The notes under the pieces are model-generated. The model worked only from the letters and a program-made list of their open reading frames with translations. It ran no database searches and was not told where the DNA came from. Shown here piece after piece: positions 29,063-37,723 of a stretch of 64,000 bases of DNA. Both the position numbers and the translations under genes were made by a program. Each line of letters begins with the position of its first letter. Position 1 is the stretch's first letter. Origin of the DNA: a bacterium (lineage in GTDB: Bacteria > UBA8248). The DNA is taken from the NCBI GenBank assembly GCA_963692865.2, contig OY843592.1, forward strand, positions 2,927,356-2,991,355, in the 5' to 3' direction.

Positions 29063-30834
29063 ATGGAGCGCCGACGCGCCCGTCTCGAAGCGCTCGCGCA
29101 GGTGACCGCGCACGATTACGACCTCGCCCTGAACTTCGGCCCCAAGGCGAAGAACGGCGAGGACGCCATTCACGTCGAGGACCCCGAACAGACCCTGGCG
29201 CGCCTGGGCGGCGGACTCAACGACGAGCACGTCCTCAGATTCCAGAAAGGCATGACGCTCATCGAAGTGGCCCACAAAATCCACGGCACGTTCCGCTGGG
29301 CGGGGCGCGCCGCGCTCGCGAACCGCGAGAGGCCGGGTCTTTTCCACATCTGGCACACGCTCGAGGACGCGCGGTGCGAAAACCGCCTCGCCGAATCGCT
29401 GCCCGGCACCAGGAAGAATTTCCGCGCCTTCATTCTGCCTGCCATCGAGGCGGCCGAACGCAACCAGATGAGCGGGCAACTCCCCTTGTTTCTCCAGATC
29501 CAGTGGGGAATCTACCTCGCCGGGATCGGGCAGACGCCCGGCGTCCCCTCCTCGCGGCCCGGAGACTTGCCGGCGGCCTGGTTCGACACCGCCGTCGTCC
29601 AGATATTCCACAGGCTCACCCCGCTGGTAGACCGCGCCTGCGCCGCCGATGACCCCAAGACCGCCTTCGATTGCGCGAACGAGATCTACGACGCCATCCA
29701 GCGCTATCTCACCGAAGAGCAACTGGCCCGGATGAGCGAGGATCAGGACCTCTCGGATATCCCCGAGGAAATTTTAGAGAAAATCGAGAGCCAGAACCTC
29801 GAAGGCGACGACGACGAAGCGATGGAGATGCTTCACCCCGAAGCGGCGGAGGAAATCGACGAAGAGGACGTGGGCGAGCAGGTCGAACTGAGTCCCGAGG
29901 AACTCGCGGCGCTCGGGCACTGGGCCGCCCCCTGGTTCGAGTTAGAGGGCAACAAGAAGGAAATCCACCCCACCGCCGAGCATCCCGACGAGCGCACGGT
30001 CGTACTGCCGCCGGAGGGCAAGGCCGAGGAATACGCGGCGGTCATCGACAATGCGGGCAGCCAAATCAAGGTGCTGGTGTGGAAGCTCATGCAGATCATC
30101 CAGGAGAGAACCTACACCCGCTACAGCGGCTCGCACCGCTCGGGCAAGCTGAACCTCCCCAAGCTGTGGAAACAGCGGCTGGGGAAATTCCATCTCTTCC
30201 ACCGCAGGGAAGAGCCCGACAACTCGACGTGTGCTTCACGCTGCTCGTGGACGAGAGCGGCAGCATGAACCGCGAGTCGAAATACATGGCCGCCCGGGAG
30301 GCGACCATCTTCTTCGCCGAAGCGCTCGACCGCATCGACGTGCCCTTCGAGGTCATCGGCTATTCCACCGAGAGCTCGGAAGCCGCCATGGCGGCGGCCC
30401 TGGGCCACATCCCGGCGTTCAAGTTCCGCCACATCCGGCACTCGCCGCTGCAACACCGCATCTACAAGGGCTTTGAGGATCAGTTCGCCCAGGTGAAGCA
30501 CAGGCTCGTCAACATCTATCCGCGCTTCAACAACTGGGACGAGGAGCACCTGCTCTTCGCCTACCGCAGGCTCATCCAGCGGCCCGAGGAGGAGAAGATC
30601 ATCATCATCACCTCCGACGGCCAGCCCAACGGGGACGCGACCCACCTCGTGAACACGGTGAACCGGCTGCAGAAACTCGGCGTCCGCGTCATCGGCGTCG
30701 GCGTGGTGGACCCATTCGTGGAGCAGATCTACCCCAACCACATCGTCGTGCAGGACCTCTCCCAGCTTTCCACCGAACTCGTGAACATCCTGAGGCGCGA
30801 ACTGCTCGGCGGGTTGGAGAGCCGCGCTTGGTAG
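29063..30834 (+). pseudogene. CobT/CoxE-like protein with acidic linker and C-terminal VWA (MIDAS) domain, interrupted by a frameshift near 30205-30215
   Basis: The N-terminal 380 aa are in the frame of ORF 29063..30268. The VWA domain (LDVCFTLLVDESGSM...IIIITSDGQPNG) is in the frame of ORF 29671..30834 (frame offset -1). There is no start codon upstream of the MIDAS motif in the second frame. Confidence 0.7.
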
Positions 30835-31655
30835 CGCGAGAGAGCGTCGTCCGCTCCCTCGGGGTCGAACCGGGCCAGAGCGTCGCGGCTGTCGGCGGGG
30901 GCGGAAAAACGAGCCTGCTGACGGCCATCGCCAGGCAGTTTCACGCCCAAAACGGAATGCCTGCGATTCTCACGACGACTACGAAGATTTTCGCGCCCCT
31001 CCCCGAAGAAGGAATCCATCTCGCTTTGGGCGACGCCGAGACGCTCGCAGAGAACCTCCGCCCCTACATGGGCGCCTGCGGCATATCCTGGCTCGCCAGA
31101 AAGCGCGAGGGCGAAGCCCCAATTCCGGGCCGGGAGAGCGAGCGGCGCATGAAGCTGGGCGGTTTTACGCCTTCGGAAATTGCCCGCTTCACGCCGGGTG
31201 ACGCCCTGACGCTCATCGAGGCGGACGGCGCGAGAAGACTGCCCATCAAGGCGCCCGGCCCCGGTGAGCCCGTCCTGCCCGAAGGCCTGGACGCCGTGCT
31301 GGGCGTCATCGGGCTGGACGCGCTGGGCGCGCCCTTGAGCGAGGCGCACGTCTTCCGCCCCGATGCGCTCTCACGCATATGCGATCTGGGAGCCGGAGAA
31401 GAGATTACGGCGGAGACGGTCGGGAAGTTGTGCGCGCATCCTGATGGTCTTTTTCATAAAGCGGAGGCCGGCGCCCGCAAGTGGATCGTCATCAACAAGG
31501 CGGATCTGGAAACCTCGCTGGAAAAATTGCGCGAAATCGCATATATTGTATGGGAGTTTGCCGGAAAACCTCATGGCCCGGCGGACGGCATCCTCTTTAC
31601 GTCTTGTACGAACAACGAATGTGAAGTATTCATACGTATCACACAAGATGCGTAA
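30828..31655 (+). CDS. yqeC: YqeC-family selenium cofactor biosynthesis / hydroxylase accessory protein
   Basis: P-loop-like AAVGGGGKTSLLTAIA and ILTTTTKIF motifs typical of YqeC. 275 aa. TTG start behind GGAGA, overlapping the VWA stop. Confidence 0.78.
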   Translation: MVARESVVRSLGVEPGQSVAAVGGGGKTSLLTAIARQFHAQNGMPAILTTTTKIFAPLPEEGIHLALGDAETLAENLRPYMGACGISWLARKREGEAPIPGRESERRMKLGGFTPSEIARFTPGDALTLIEADGARRLPIKAPGPGEPVLPEGLDAVLGVIGLDALGAPLSEAHVFRPDALSRICDLGAGEEITAETVGKLCAHPDGLFHKAEAGARKWIVINKADLETSLEKLREIAYIVWEFAGKPHGPADGILFTSCTNNECEVFIRITQDA

Positions 31656-31686
31656 CGACTGCAATTCCAAGCAGGCGGAGCAAGGA

Positions 31687-32832
31687 ATGAGCAAGGACGT
31701 ATTCAGGGAAATGGCGAAACTCAAGGAAGACGGCCAGGGCGGCGCGCTCGCCACCGTCGTGGCCCGCAAGGGGTCCGCGCCCATGAGCGGCGATGCGAAG
31801 ATGCTCGTGCGCGAGGACGGCAGCACGGAGGGCACGGTCGGCGGCGGCTGTCTCGAAGCCGAAGTCTGGGAAACCGCCATGAGCGTCCTGGAGACGGGCG
31901 CACCCGAAAAGCTGCGCTTCGACCTCACCCAGCAGGAAGCCGAAGACAGCGGGCACATCTGCGGCGGCGTGGTGGAGATACTCGTGGAGCCGTTCCAGGC
32001 GTTCCAGGAAGAGTTGCTCGGCGAGATCAACCGCATCAGAACCGAGGGCGGCAGCGCCGCGCTGGCGACCATCGTTCAGCCGGGCGATATCGACGCGCCG
32101 AATGCGGAGAACAGGAAGATGCTCTTCCGGCGCGACGGCAGCGCCGTGGGCGATATTCCCACCTACTCGACGGAGATATGGGCGGAGAGCACCCAGATCA
32201 TCCGAAACGGCAGCCCCACGCTCCTGCAGTTCAACAGGGACGCCGCGCGCGCCGGAGAAAAGCGCTCGACGCTCACCGAGGCCACCGAAATTTTCGTCGA
32301 ACCCATATCCGGCCAGCCCCTCGTCTATATTTTCGGCGGCGGTCACGTCTCCTTCTGCGTCGCGCAGGCGGCCTACCTCGCGGGATTCCGCGTTTCGGTC
32401 GTCGAGGACAGACCCTCGTTCGCCAACAAGGAGCGCTTCCCGATGGCGGAATCGTTCCACGTGGGGGAATTCCCTGAAATTTTCGAGAAAATCCCGGTCG
32501 ATGAGTCCGACTACCTGGCCATCATCACCCGAGGCCACGCGAACGACGAGGTCGTCCTCGAGTGGGCGATGAAGTCCGACGCGCGCTACATCGGGATGAT
32601 TGGCTCCAAAAGCAAGGTGCTGCTCACCTATCGCCACCTCCAGGACAAGGGGTATGACCGCGGCGAACTCATCGAGCGCGTCCATGCGCCCATAGGCCTC
32701 GACATCGGCGCCGATACGCCGGGCGAGATCGGGGTGGCCATCGTCGCCGAACTCATCCGGCACCGCCGCAAAGGCGAGGCGCAGGGCGAAGGCGCGGGCA
32801 GCAAGAGGGTGCAACTCAGAAGAAAATCCTAA
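31687..32832 (+). CDS. xdhC: XdhC/CoxI(CoxF)-family molybdenum-hydroxylase accessory protein
   Basis: Start at the ATG at 31687 (GGAG 6 nt upstream). GALATVVARKGSAPMSGDAKMLVREDGSTEGTVGGGCLEAEV (XdhC_CoxI N-domain, duplicated) and the Rossmann-like IFGGGHVSFCVAQAAYLAGFRVSVVEDRP. Confidence 0.88.
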   Translation: MSKDVFREMAKLKEDGQGGALATVVARKGSAPMSGDAKMLVREDGSTEGTVGGGCLEAEVWETAMSVLETGAPEKLRFDLTQQEAEDSGHICGGVVEILVEPFQAFQEELLGEINRIRTEGGSAALATIVQPGDIDAPNAENRKMLFRRDGSAVGDIPTYSTEIWAESTQIIRNGSPTLLQFNRDAARAGEKRSTLTEATEIFVEPISGQPLVYIFGGGHVSFCVAQAAYLAGFRVSVVEDRPSFANKERFPMAESFHVGEFPEIFEKIPVDESDYLAIITRGHANDEVVLEWAMKSDARYIGMIGSKSKVLLTYRHLQDKGYDRGELIERVHAPIGLDIGADTPGEIGVAIVAELIRHRRKGEAQGEGAGSKRVQLRRKS

Positions 32833-32912
32833 ATCTTCACGCCGCAGCCGGCCCGTCCGAGGAGGGCCGCATTCCTTAAAACCCGGACCCATGGAAGGTT
32901 CTTGCAGGAACC

Positions 32913-33668
32913 ATGGGTTATCTCCGCAGGCTCATCGGCGCAGCGACGGATTTCCTCATTCCCCCGAAATGCCTCTTGTGTTCGGCTTCCATGAATATCG
33001 GCGAACCGCATGCGATATGCGCGCCATGCACGGAAGCCTTCGAGCGCTTCGAACCGCCCTGGTGCCCGAGATGCGGCAATCCCTTCCATTCCATGACCGC
33101 CCTCGCCCACTCCCCGGCGCACGTCTGCGCGGATTGCCTCGAAAGCGGACATCACTACGACATGGCCCGCGCCATCGGCGCGTATGAGGGCCTGCTGAGG
33201 GACTCGGTCCACCTCTTCAAGTTCCAGGGTTTCACGAAGCTCGCCCGCGAGTTCGCGCCCCTCCTCGCCGGGCTTGCGGCGGAGGAGTTCGGTATCGAAG
33301 ATGACGCGCAGAACGTGGTCGTGACGCACGTGCCCATCGCCCCCGCCCGCTGGCGGACGAGAGGCTTCGATCAGGCGAAGCTGCTCGCCCTCATGACGGC
33401 GGAATGCCTGGAGCGGCCCCACGCGGATTTTATCGAGCGCGCGAAGGAGACCCGCTCGCAGACGGGCCTCACCGCGCGGGAGCGGCGCCGGAACATGCGC
33501 GGCGTCTTCGGTGTTCGGAACAAGGGAGTGCGCGAAAAACTCGAAGCGGCCACGTGCATCCTCGTTGACGACGTCGTCACGACCGGCTCGACCGCCTCGG
33601 CCTGCGCCCGCGAACTCAAAAAAGCAGGCGCCGAAGCGGTGCACCTGCTCACGATATGCAGGTCTTGA
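32913..33668 (+). CDS. comF: ComF-family phosphoribosyltransferase-like protein
   Basis: N-terminal Zn-ribbon cysteines (PPKCLLC...CAPC...CPRCG...CADC) and PRTase motif ILVDDVVTTGSTA. Confidence 0.88.
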   Translation: MGYLRRLIGAATDFLIPPKCLLCSASMNIGEPHAICAPCTEAFERFEPPWCPRCGNPFHSMTALAHSPAHVCADCLESGHHYDMARAIGAYEGLLRDSVHLFKFQGFTKLAREFAPLLAGLAAEEFGIEDDAQNVVVTHVPIAPARWRTRGFDQAKLLALMTAECLERPHADFIERAKETRSQTGLTARERRRNMRGVFGVRNKGVREKLEAATCILVDDVVTTGSTASACARELKKAGAEAVHLLTICRS

Positions 33669-33793
33669 AGGCGAGAGTTTTCGTAGCGCGACCTGTCCCT
33701 ACGGATTAAATCTTCAAAAAACCACGAACAAAATAACGAAACCAAGCAAATATGACGGAAGGCATAACAACGATTTGAATGACAACAAAATAG

Positions 33794-33839
33794 TTGACAA
33801 CATATTTGATGTATGATTAAATTCAACAGATATGTTGAA
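33794..33839 (+). promoter_or_regulatory. candidate promoter plus palindromic operator of the low-GC island
   Basis: TTGACA (33794-33799), 17 nt, TTAAAT (33817-33822). Perfect palindrome TTCAACA-gata-TGTTGAA at 33822-33839. Lies in an AT-rich ~200-bp leader. Pattern match only. Confidence 0.35.
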
Positions 33840-33868
33840 TCACAAAGAAATTTACGAAAGGAATTCGT

Positions 33869-35101
33869 ATGAAATCATCCACTGGCCGCTGGGTGAGCGG
33901 CGACGACTTTTTTGATCGTGAACCCGAATTACAGATACTGGAAGCACAAGTCCAAGACCGCAATCACGTATTGTTGACCGGACAGCGGCGCATGGGAAAA
34001 ACCAGCATTGCCCGAGAACTCGGGAGGTGGCTAGAAGCCAAAGACTGGGTTTTCCTCTTCGCAGACGTAGAGGGGGCAGCTTGTCCGGAGGACGTTATCG
34101 CCCAAATCGCCCAAGCTGCGCATCCGGTTCGCGCGCTCTCCTCGCGTTTCACCGCCTGGTCTGAGCGCTTCTTTAGCGACAACATCGAGGAAATCAACGC
34201 GCTCGATTTTGGCGTGAAGTTCCGCGCCGGGCTGGATGCAGGCAGCTGGCGACGTCACGGAGAGCGACTGTTTCGAGATTGCGCCGAGTATGACAAGCCT
34301 GTTTTGCTCGTCATCGACGAATTGCCGATCTTCCTGAAACGGATGCTCCACAATGACGGCGATGCACGGCGGGTCGACGAGTTCATGAGTTGGCTGCGCG
34401 GCGTGCTTCAGGCGCTGGGAGAAGATTCTCCAGTCCTCATGTTATCAGGAAGCATCGGGCTGGAGCCTCTTATGCGCAGACTCGGCCTGCCCGACCGCAT
34501 CAACCATCTGTACCCCTTTCGCCTGGGTCCGTGGAGCCGCGACACCTCCATCGAGTGTTTCGAACATCTCTCGGAGAGTTACGAAATATCCGTCGAGGCC
34601 GGGGTGGCGGATGCAGTATACGAAACCTTGGGAGTCGGCATACCTCACCATGTGCAGTCTTTCTTTGCGCGTTTGCGGGATTTCGCCACGATGCAGGAGC
34701 GGGAGCGGATAACGGTTGAAGACGTCGGCGAAGTCTATCGCAACGCGCTTCTGGGGGCTTCGGGACAAAATGATCTCGTACACTACGAAACACGCCTGAA
34801 AGAAGGCATCGAGGATGAAAACTACTCCATCGCCATGGAGATTCTGGCCGAGGCGGCGACTCTGGAGGTATTCACGCCCGCTGCCAGAAAGTGTCTCGAA
34901 CGCTTGTATTCCACGGTGGTAGACGATGCGCCCAGTCGCATTGCGGACATTATCGAAGTCCTCGCGTACGACGGGTATCTGGAATCCGGCGATGGCGGCT
35001 ACCGTTTCCCGTCGCGCTTGCTCAAGGATTGGTGGTCGGCGCGCTTCCGCGATCATCACACGCCCCTCGAAAAACGCCGACCCGAGGACAAATCACAATA
35101 G
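33869..35101 (+). CDS. AAA+/P-loop ATPase (archaeal-ATPase / ATPase_2-like) with C-terminal winged-helix-like tail
   Basis: Walker A LTGQRRMGKTSIA and Walker B PVLLVIDELP. 410 aa. Lower G+C and A/T-ending codons relative to the flanks. Confidence 0.8.
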   Translation: MKSSTGRWVSGDDFFDREPELQILEAQVQDRNHVLLTGQRRMGKTSIARELGRWLEAKDWVFLFADVEGAACPEDVIAQIAQAAHPVRALSSRFTAWSERFFSDNIEEINALDFGVKFRAGLDAGSWRRHGERLFRDCAEYDKPVLLVIDELPIFLKRMLHNDGDARRVDEFMSWLRGVLQALGEDSPVLMLSGSIGLEPLMRRLGLPDRINHLYPFRLGPWSRDTSIECFEHLSESYEISVEAGVADAVYETLGVGIPHHVQSFFARLRDFATMQERERITVEDVGEVYRNALLGASGQNDLVHYETRLKEGIEDENYSIAMEILAEAATLEVFTPAARKCLERLYSTVVDDAPSRIADIIEVLAYDGYLESGDGGYRFPSRLLKDWWSARFRDHHTPLEKRRPEDKSQ

Positions 35102-35109
35102 AGGACCCA

Positions 35110-37692
35110 ATGAACGAAACGTCCAACAGGCAAATCCGCAAGTTCAACCCGGGCGCATACCAGTCGGATGAGGAGTTGATGGAGCAATTCGTCGTCCGAA
35201 ACCGCGAACTGGAAATCGTACTCGAAGTGCTCCGCGCGAACATCGACTCCCCATCGTGTCAGCACGTTCTGGCCGTCGCCCCGCGCGGTCGAGGGAAAAC
35301 CATGCTTCTGGCCCGCGCCGCAGCGGAAATCCGCGCAAACGACGAACTCGCCCGACGCCTGTTGCCCGTCCGTTTCATGGAAGAGAGCCAAGAGATTTTC
35401 CATATGGCCGACTTCTGGCTGGAGGCGCTGTTTCACCTGGCCAGAGAGAGCGCCCCTCACGATCCCGAACTCGCGCAAGAACTGCGAGCTACGCACGCCG
35501 ACCTGGCCGCTCACTGGGGAGATCGGTCGCTTGAAGACCGCGCCCGCGCCGCCGTTCTGCAGGCGGCGGATCGACTGGACAGAAAACTCGTGCTGATGGT
35601 CGAGAACCTGCAAGCTCTGTGCGACAGCGTGGATGCGGATTTCGGCTGGAAGCTGCGCGGGGCGTTGCAGTCCGAACCCAAGATAATGCTGCTCGCCTCC
35701 GCCACCAGCCGCTTCGAGAGTCTGGACGATGCGCAGCAACCCTTCTTCGAGTTGTTTCGTATCATCTGCCTGGAGCCGCTGACCACCGAAGAGTGCCGTC
35801 TCCTGTGGCAGGCGGTGAGTGGGGACGAAGTGAGCGGGCGCGAGATCAGGCCGCTTCAGATACTGACCGGAGGCAGCCCCCGCCTCCTCGTCATCGTCGC
35901 CGGATTCGCGCGCCATCACTCCCTTCGCCAGTTGATGGAAGAGTTGGTGACGCTGATAGACGAGCACACCGAGTATTTCCGAAGCCATCTGGAAGTCCTG
36001 GCCAAAACTGAACGCCGCGTCTATCTCGCGGTAATCGACCTTTGGCGGCCGTCGAGCACCTCCGAAATCGCGGCGCGCGCGCGCATGGACGTTCGGACCG
36101 TATCGACCATGCTCGGGCGGCTTGTCGAGCGGGGTGCGGTGATCGTGGAAGGAAAAGGCAGGAAGCGCCATTACGCCGCCGCCGAACGTCTCTACAGCAT
36201 TTACTACAAGCTGCGGCGCGAAAGAGACGAAGCGGCCGTCGTGGAGAATCTGATCCGTTTCATGGTGGTTTTCTACAACGAAGAAGAACGGGCGGAGATG
36301 TTCCCCCGGCTGATTCGGGAGGCGACGGAATCAGCCGCCATTCGGGAGGGTCTCGACAGGGCGGCCGCCGGACTCCCGGAATTCGAGAGCCTGTATACCG
36401 GCATCATGCAGAGAAGCCGGTGGGAGCATCTAGTGGAGGAGATTGCAACGGCGTTCAAAGGGAGGGACTTCCAGAAAGTCATCGAGACCATAGGCCGCGC
36501 GTTTGCCGTCGATGGCGCAAACCGGTCTCAAGCGTCGGAGTCCATCATTGCCTGGCTATTGCTTCGGAAGGCGTATTCACATCAAGAACTAGGCGATTTC
36601 GAAGCGGCGATAACAACCTATGAAGAGATAGCCGAACGCTTTGCCGACAGCGACGAACCTGAAATCCAACAGCGCGTCGCTACGGCGTTGGTAGACAAGG
36701 GAGATGTGCTGGAAGAACTCGGCGACTTCAAGGCGGCGATTGCAACATACAGTGAGTTAGTCAATCGTTTTGGTGGCAGCAACACACTGGATATCCAATG
36801 GTGGGTCGCTACAGCTTTGGTTTGCAATGGAAATGCACTGGAAGAACTCGGGGATTTCGAAGCGGCGATTATCACCTACGAGGAAGTTGTCAAGCGTTTT
36901 TCAAACAGCAACGTACCTGAAATCCAGTGGTGGGTCGCTGCAGCGTTAATCAATCAGGGGGATGTACAAAGCGAACTTGGCAATTGCGAAGTAGCAATAG
37001 CGACTTACAATGAAGTAGTAAAGCGCTTTGGTAACATCAACTCGCCGGAGATTCAGGAGCGGGTCGCCGTTGCGTTGGTCTTCAAGGGAATTGTGCGAGA
37101 AAAACTCGGCGATTTCGAAAGGGCGATTGCGGCCTATAAAGAAGTGGTCGAACGTTTTATCGACAACAGTGCGCCGGAATTGCAATTGTGGATAGCGAGG
37201 GCATTAGCCGATATGAGTATTGCACAAACTCAAATCGGTCGCGCAGATGAAGCACTGCACACTTGCGAGGAACTCGAACGAAGACTCGGAACATTCCTGA
37301 CCGGCGAAGAAGAAACCGAGTTTCGGTGGCGAGTGATGTACACGCGAGTCTTGGCTCTACTAGGAAAGGGAGAACACCGAGCCGCCATGGACGCGTTTCG
37401 CTCCGCGTATGTCGAGTTCCTTCCTCGCAACGAAATCCCGATTCACGAAATGCTGCGATTAGTGCCTAACTTGATCGCAGCGGGCGCATCGACCCATAAG
37501 CTCGTCGAAATCCTCACGAGCGATGAGACGAAATCCGGCGCGTTGGCACCCCTGATCGTCGCCCTGCGTCAACATGCTGGCGAGGCTGTTCGTGCGCCGG
37601 CGGAAGTGCTCGAAGTGGCTGCGGATATCCTTGAACGTATCGAGGAACAATCAGAGAAAGGTGTTTCCGGGGCTTCCCGACAACCTGAATAA
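35110..37692 (+). CDS. STAND-like NTPase - wHTH - TPR-like repeat protein (860 aa)
   Basis: ATG at 35110, 8 nt after the upstream stop. Walker A VAPRGRGKTML and Walker B LVLMVENLQ. MarR/TrmB-like wHTH (VYLAVIDLWRPSSTSEIAARARMDVRTVSTMLGRLVERGAVIVEGKGRKRHY). C-terminal helical repeats. Confidence 0.8.
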   Translation: MNETSNRQIRKFNPGAYQSDEELMEQFVVRNRELEIVLEVLRANIDSPSCQHVLAVAPRGRGKTMLLARAAAEIRANDELARRLLPVRFMEESQEIFHMADFWLEALFHLARESAPHDPELAQELRATHADLAAHWGDRSLEDRARAAVLQAADRLDRKLVLMVENLQALCDSVDADFGWKLRGALQSEPKIMLLASATSRFESLDDAQQPFFELFRIICLEPLTTEECRLLWQAVSGDEVSGREIRPLQILTGGSPRLLVIVAGFARHHSLRQLMEELVTLIDEHTEYFRSHLEVLAKTERRVYLAVIDLWRPSSTSEIAARARMDVRTVSTMLGRLVERGAVIVEGKGRKRHYAAAERLYSIYYKLRRERDEAAVVENLIRFMVVFYNEEERAEMFPRLIREATESAAIREGLDRAAAGLPEFESLYTGIMQRSRWEHLVEEIATAFKGRDFQKVIETIGRAFAVDGANRSQASESIIAWLLLRKAYSHQELGDFEAAITTYEEIAERFADSDEPEIQQRVATALVDKGDVLEELGDFKAAIATYSELVNRFGGSNTLDIQWWVATALVCNGNALEELGDFEAAIITYEEVVKRFSNSNVPEIQWWVAAALINQGDVQSELGNCEVAIATYNEVVKRFGNINSPEIQERVAVALVFKGIVREKLGDFERAIAAYKEVVERFIDNSAPELQLWIARALADMSIAQTQIGRADEALHTCEELERRLGTFLTGEEETEFRWRVMYTRVLALLGKGEHRAAMDAFRSAYVEFLPRNEIPIHEMLRLVPNLIAAGASTHKLVEILTSDETKSGALAPLIVALRQHAGEAVRAPAEVLEVAADILERIEEQSEKGVSGASRQPE
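36586..37230 (+). repeat. five tandem 129-bp (43-aa) coding repeats inside the STAND gene
   Basis: ELGDFEAAITTYEEIAERFADSDEPEIQQRVATALVDKGDVLE and four similar units (ELGDFKAAIATYSELVNRF..., ELGDFEAAIITYEEVVKRF..., ELGNCEVAIATYNEVVKRF..., KLGDFERAIAAYKEVVERF...). Confidence 0.8.
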
Positions 37693-37723
37693 AGCCGCGT
37701 GGATATTCCCAACAACCTTCCCC

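Noticed and set aside
29671-30200. N-terminal ~180 aa of ORF 29671..30834 (Arg/Gly/Pro-rich) as a genuine separate protein
   Set aside because: This stretch is an out-of-frame reading of the well-behaved acidic-linker region of ORF 29063..30268. Only the part after about 30210 (the VWA domain) looks like real protein.
33371-33826. 151-aa minus-strand ORF running from the AT-rich leader into comF
   Set aside because: It is mostly antisense to comF. The remainder is AT-rich leader sequence giving an Ile/Phe/Cys-rich peptide with no support.
34891-35109. Upstream extension of the STAND gene overlapping the end of the first ATPase gene
   Set aside because: The extension overlaps the first ATPase gene in another frame and is Arg-rich. 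The ATG at 35110 sits 8 nt after the upstream stop and directly precedes a plausible N-terminus.
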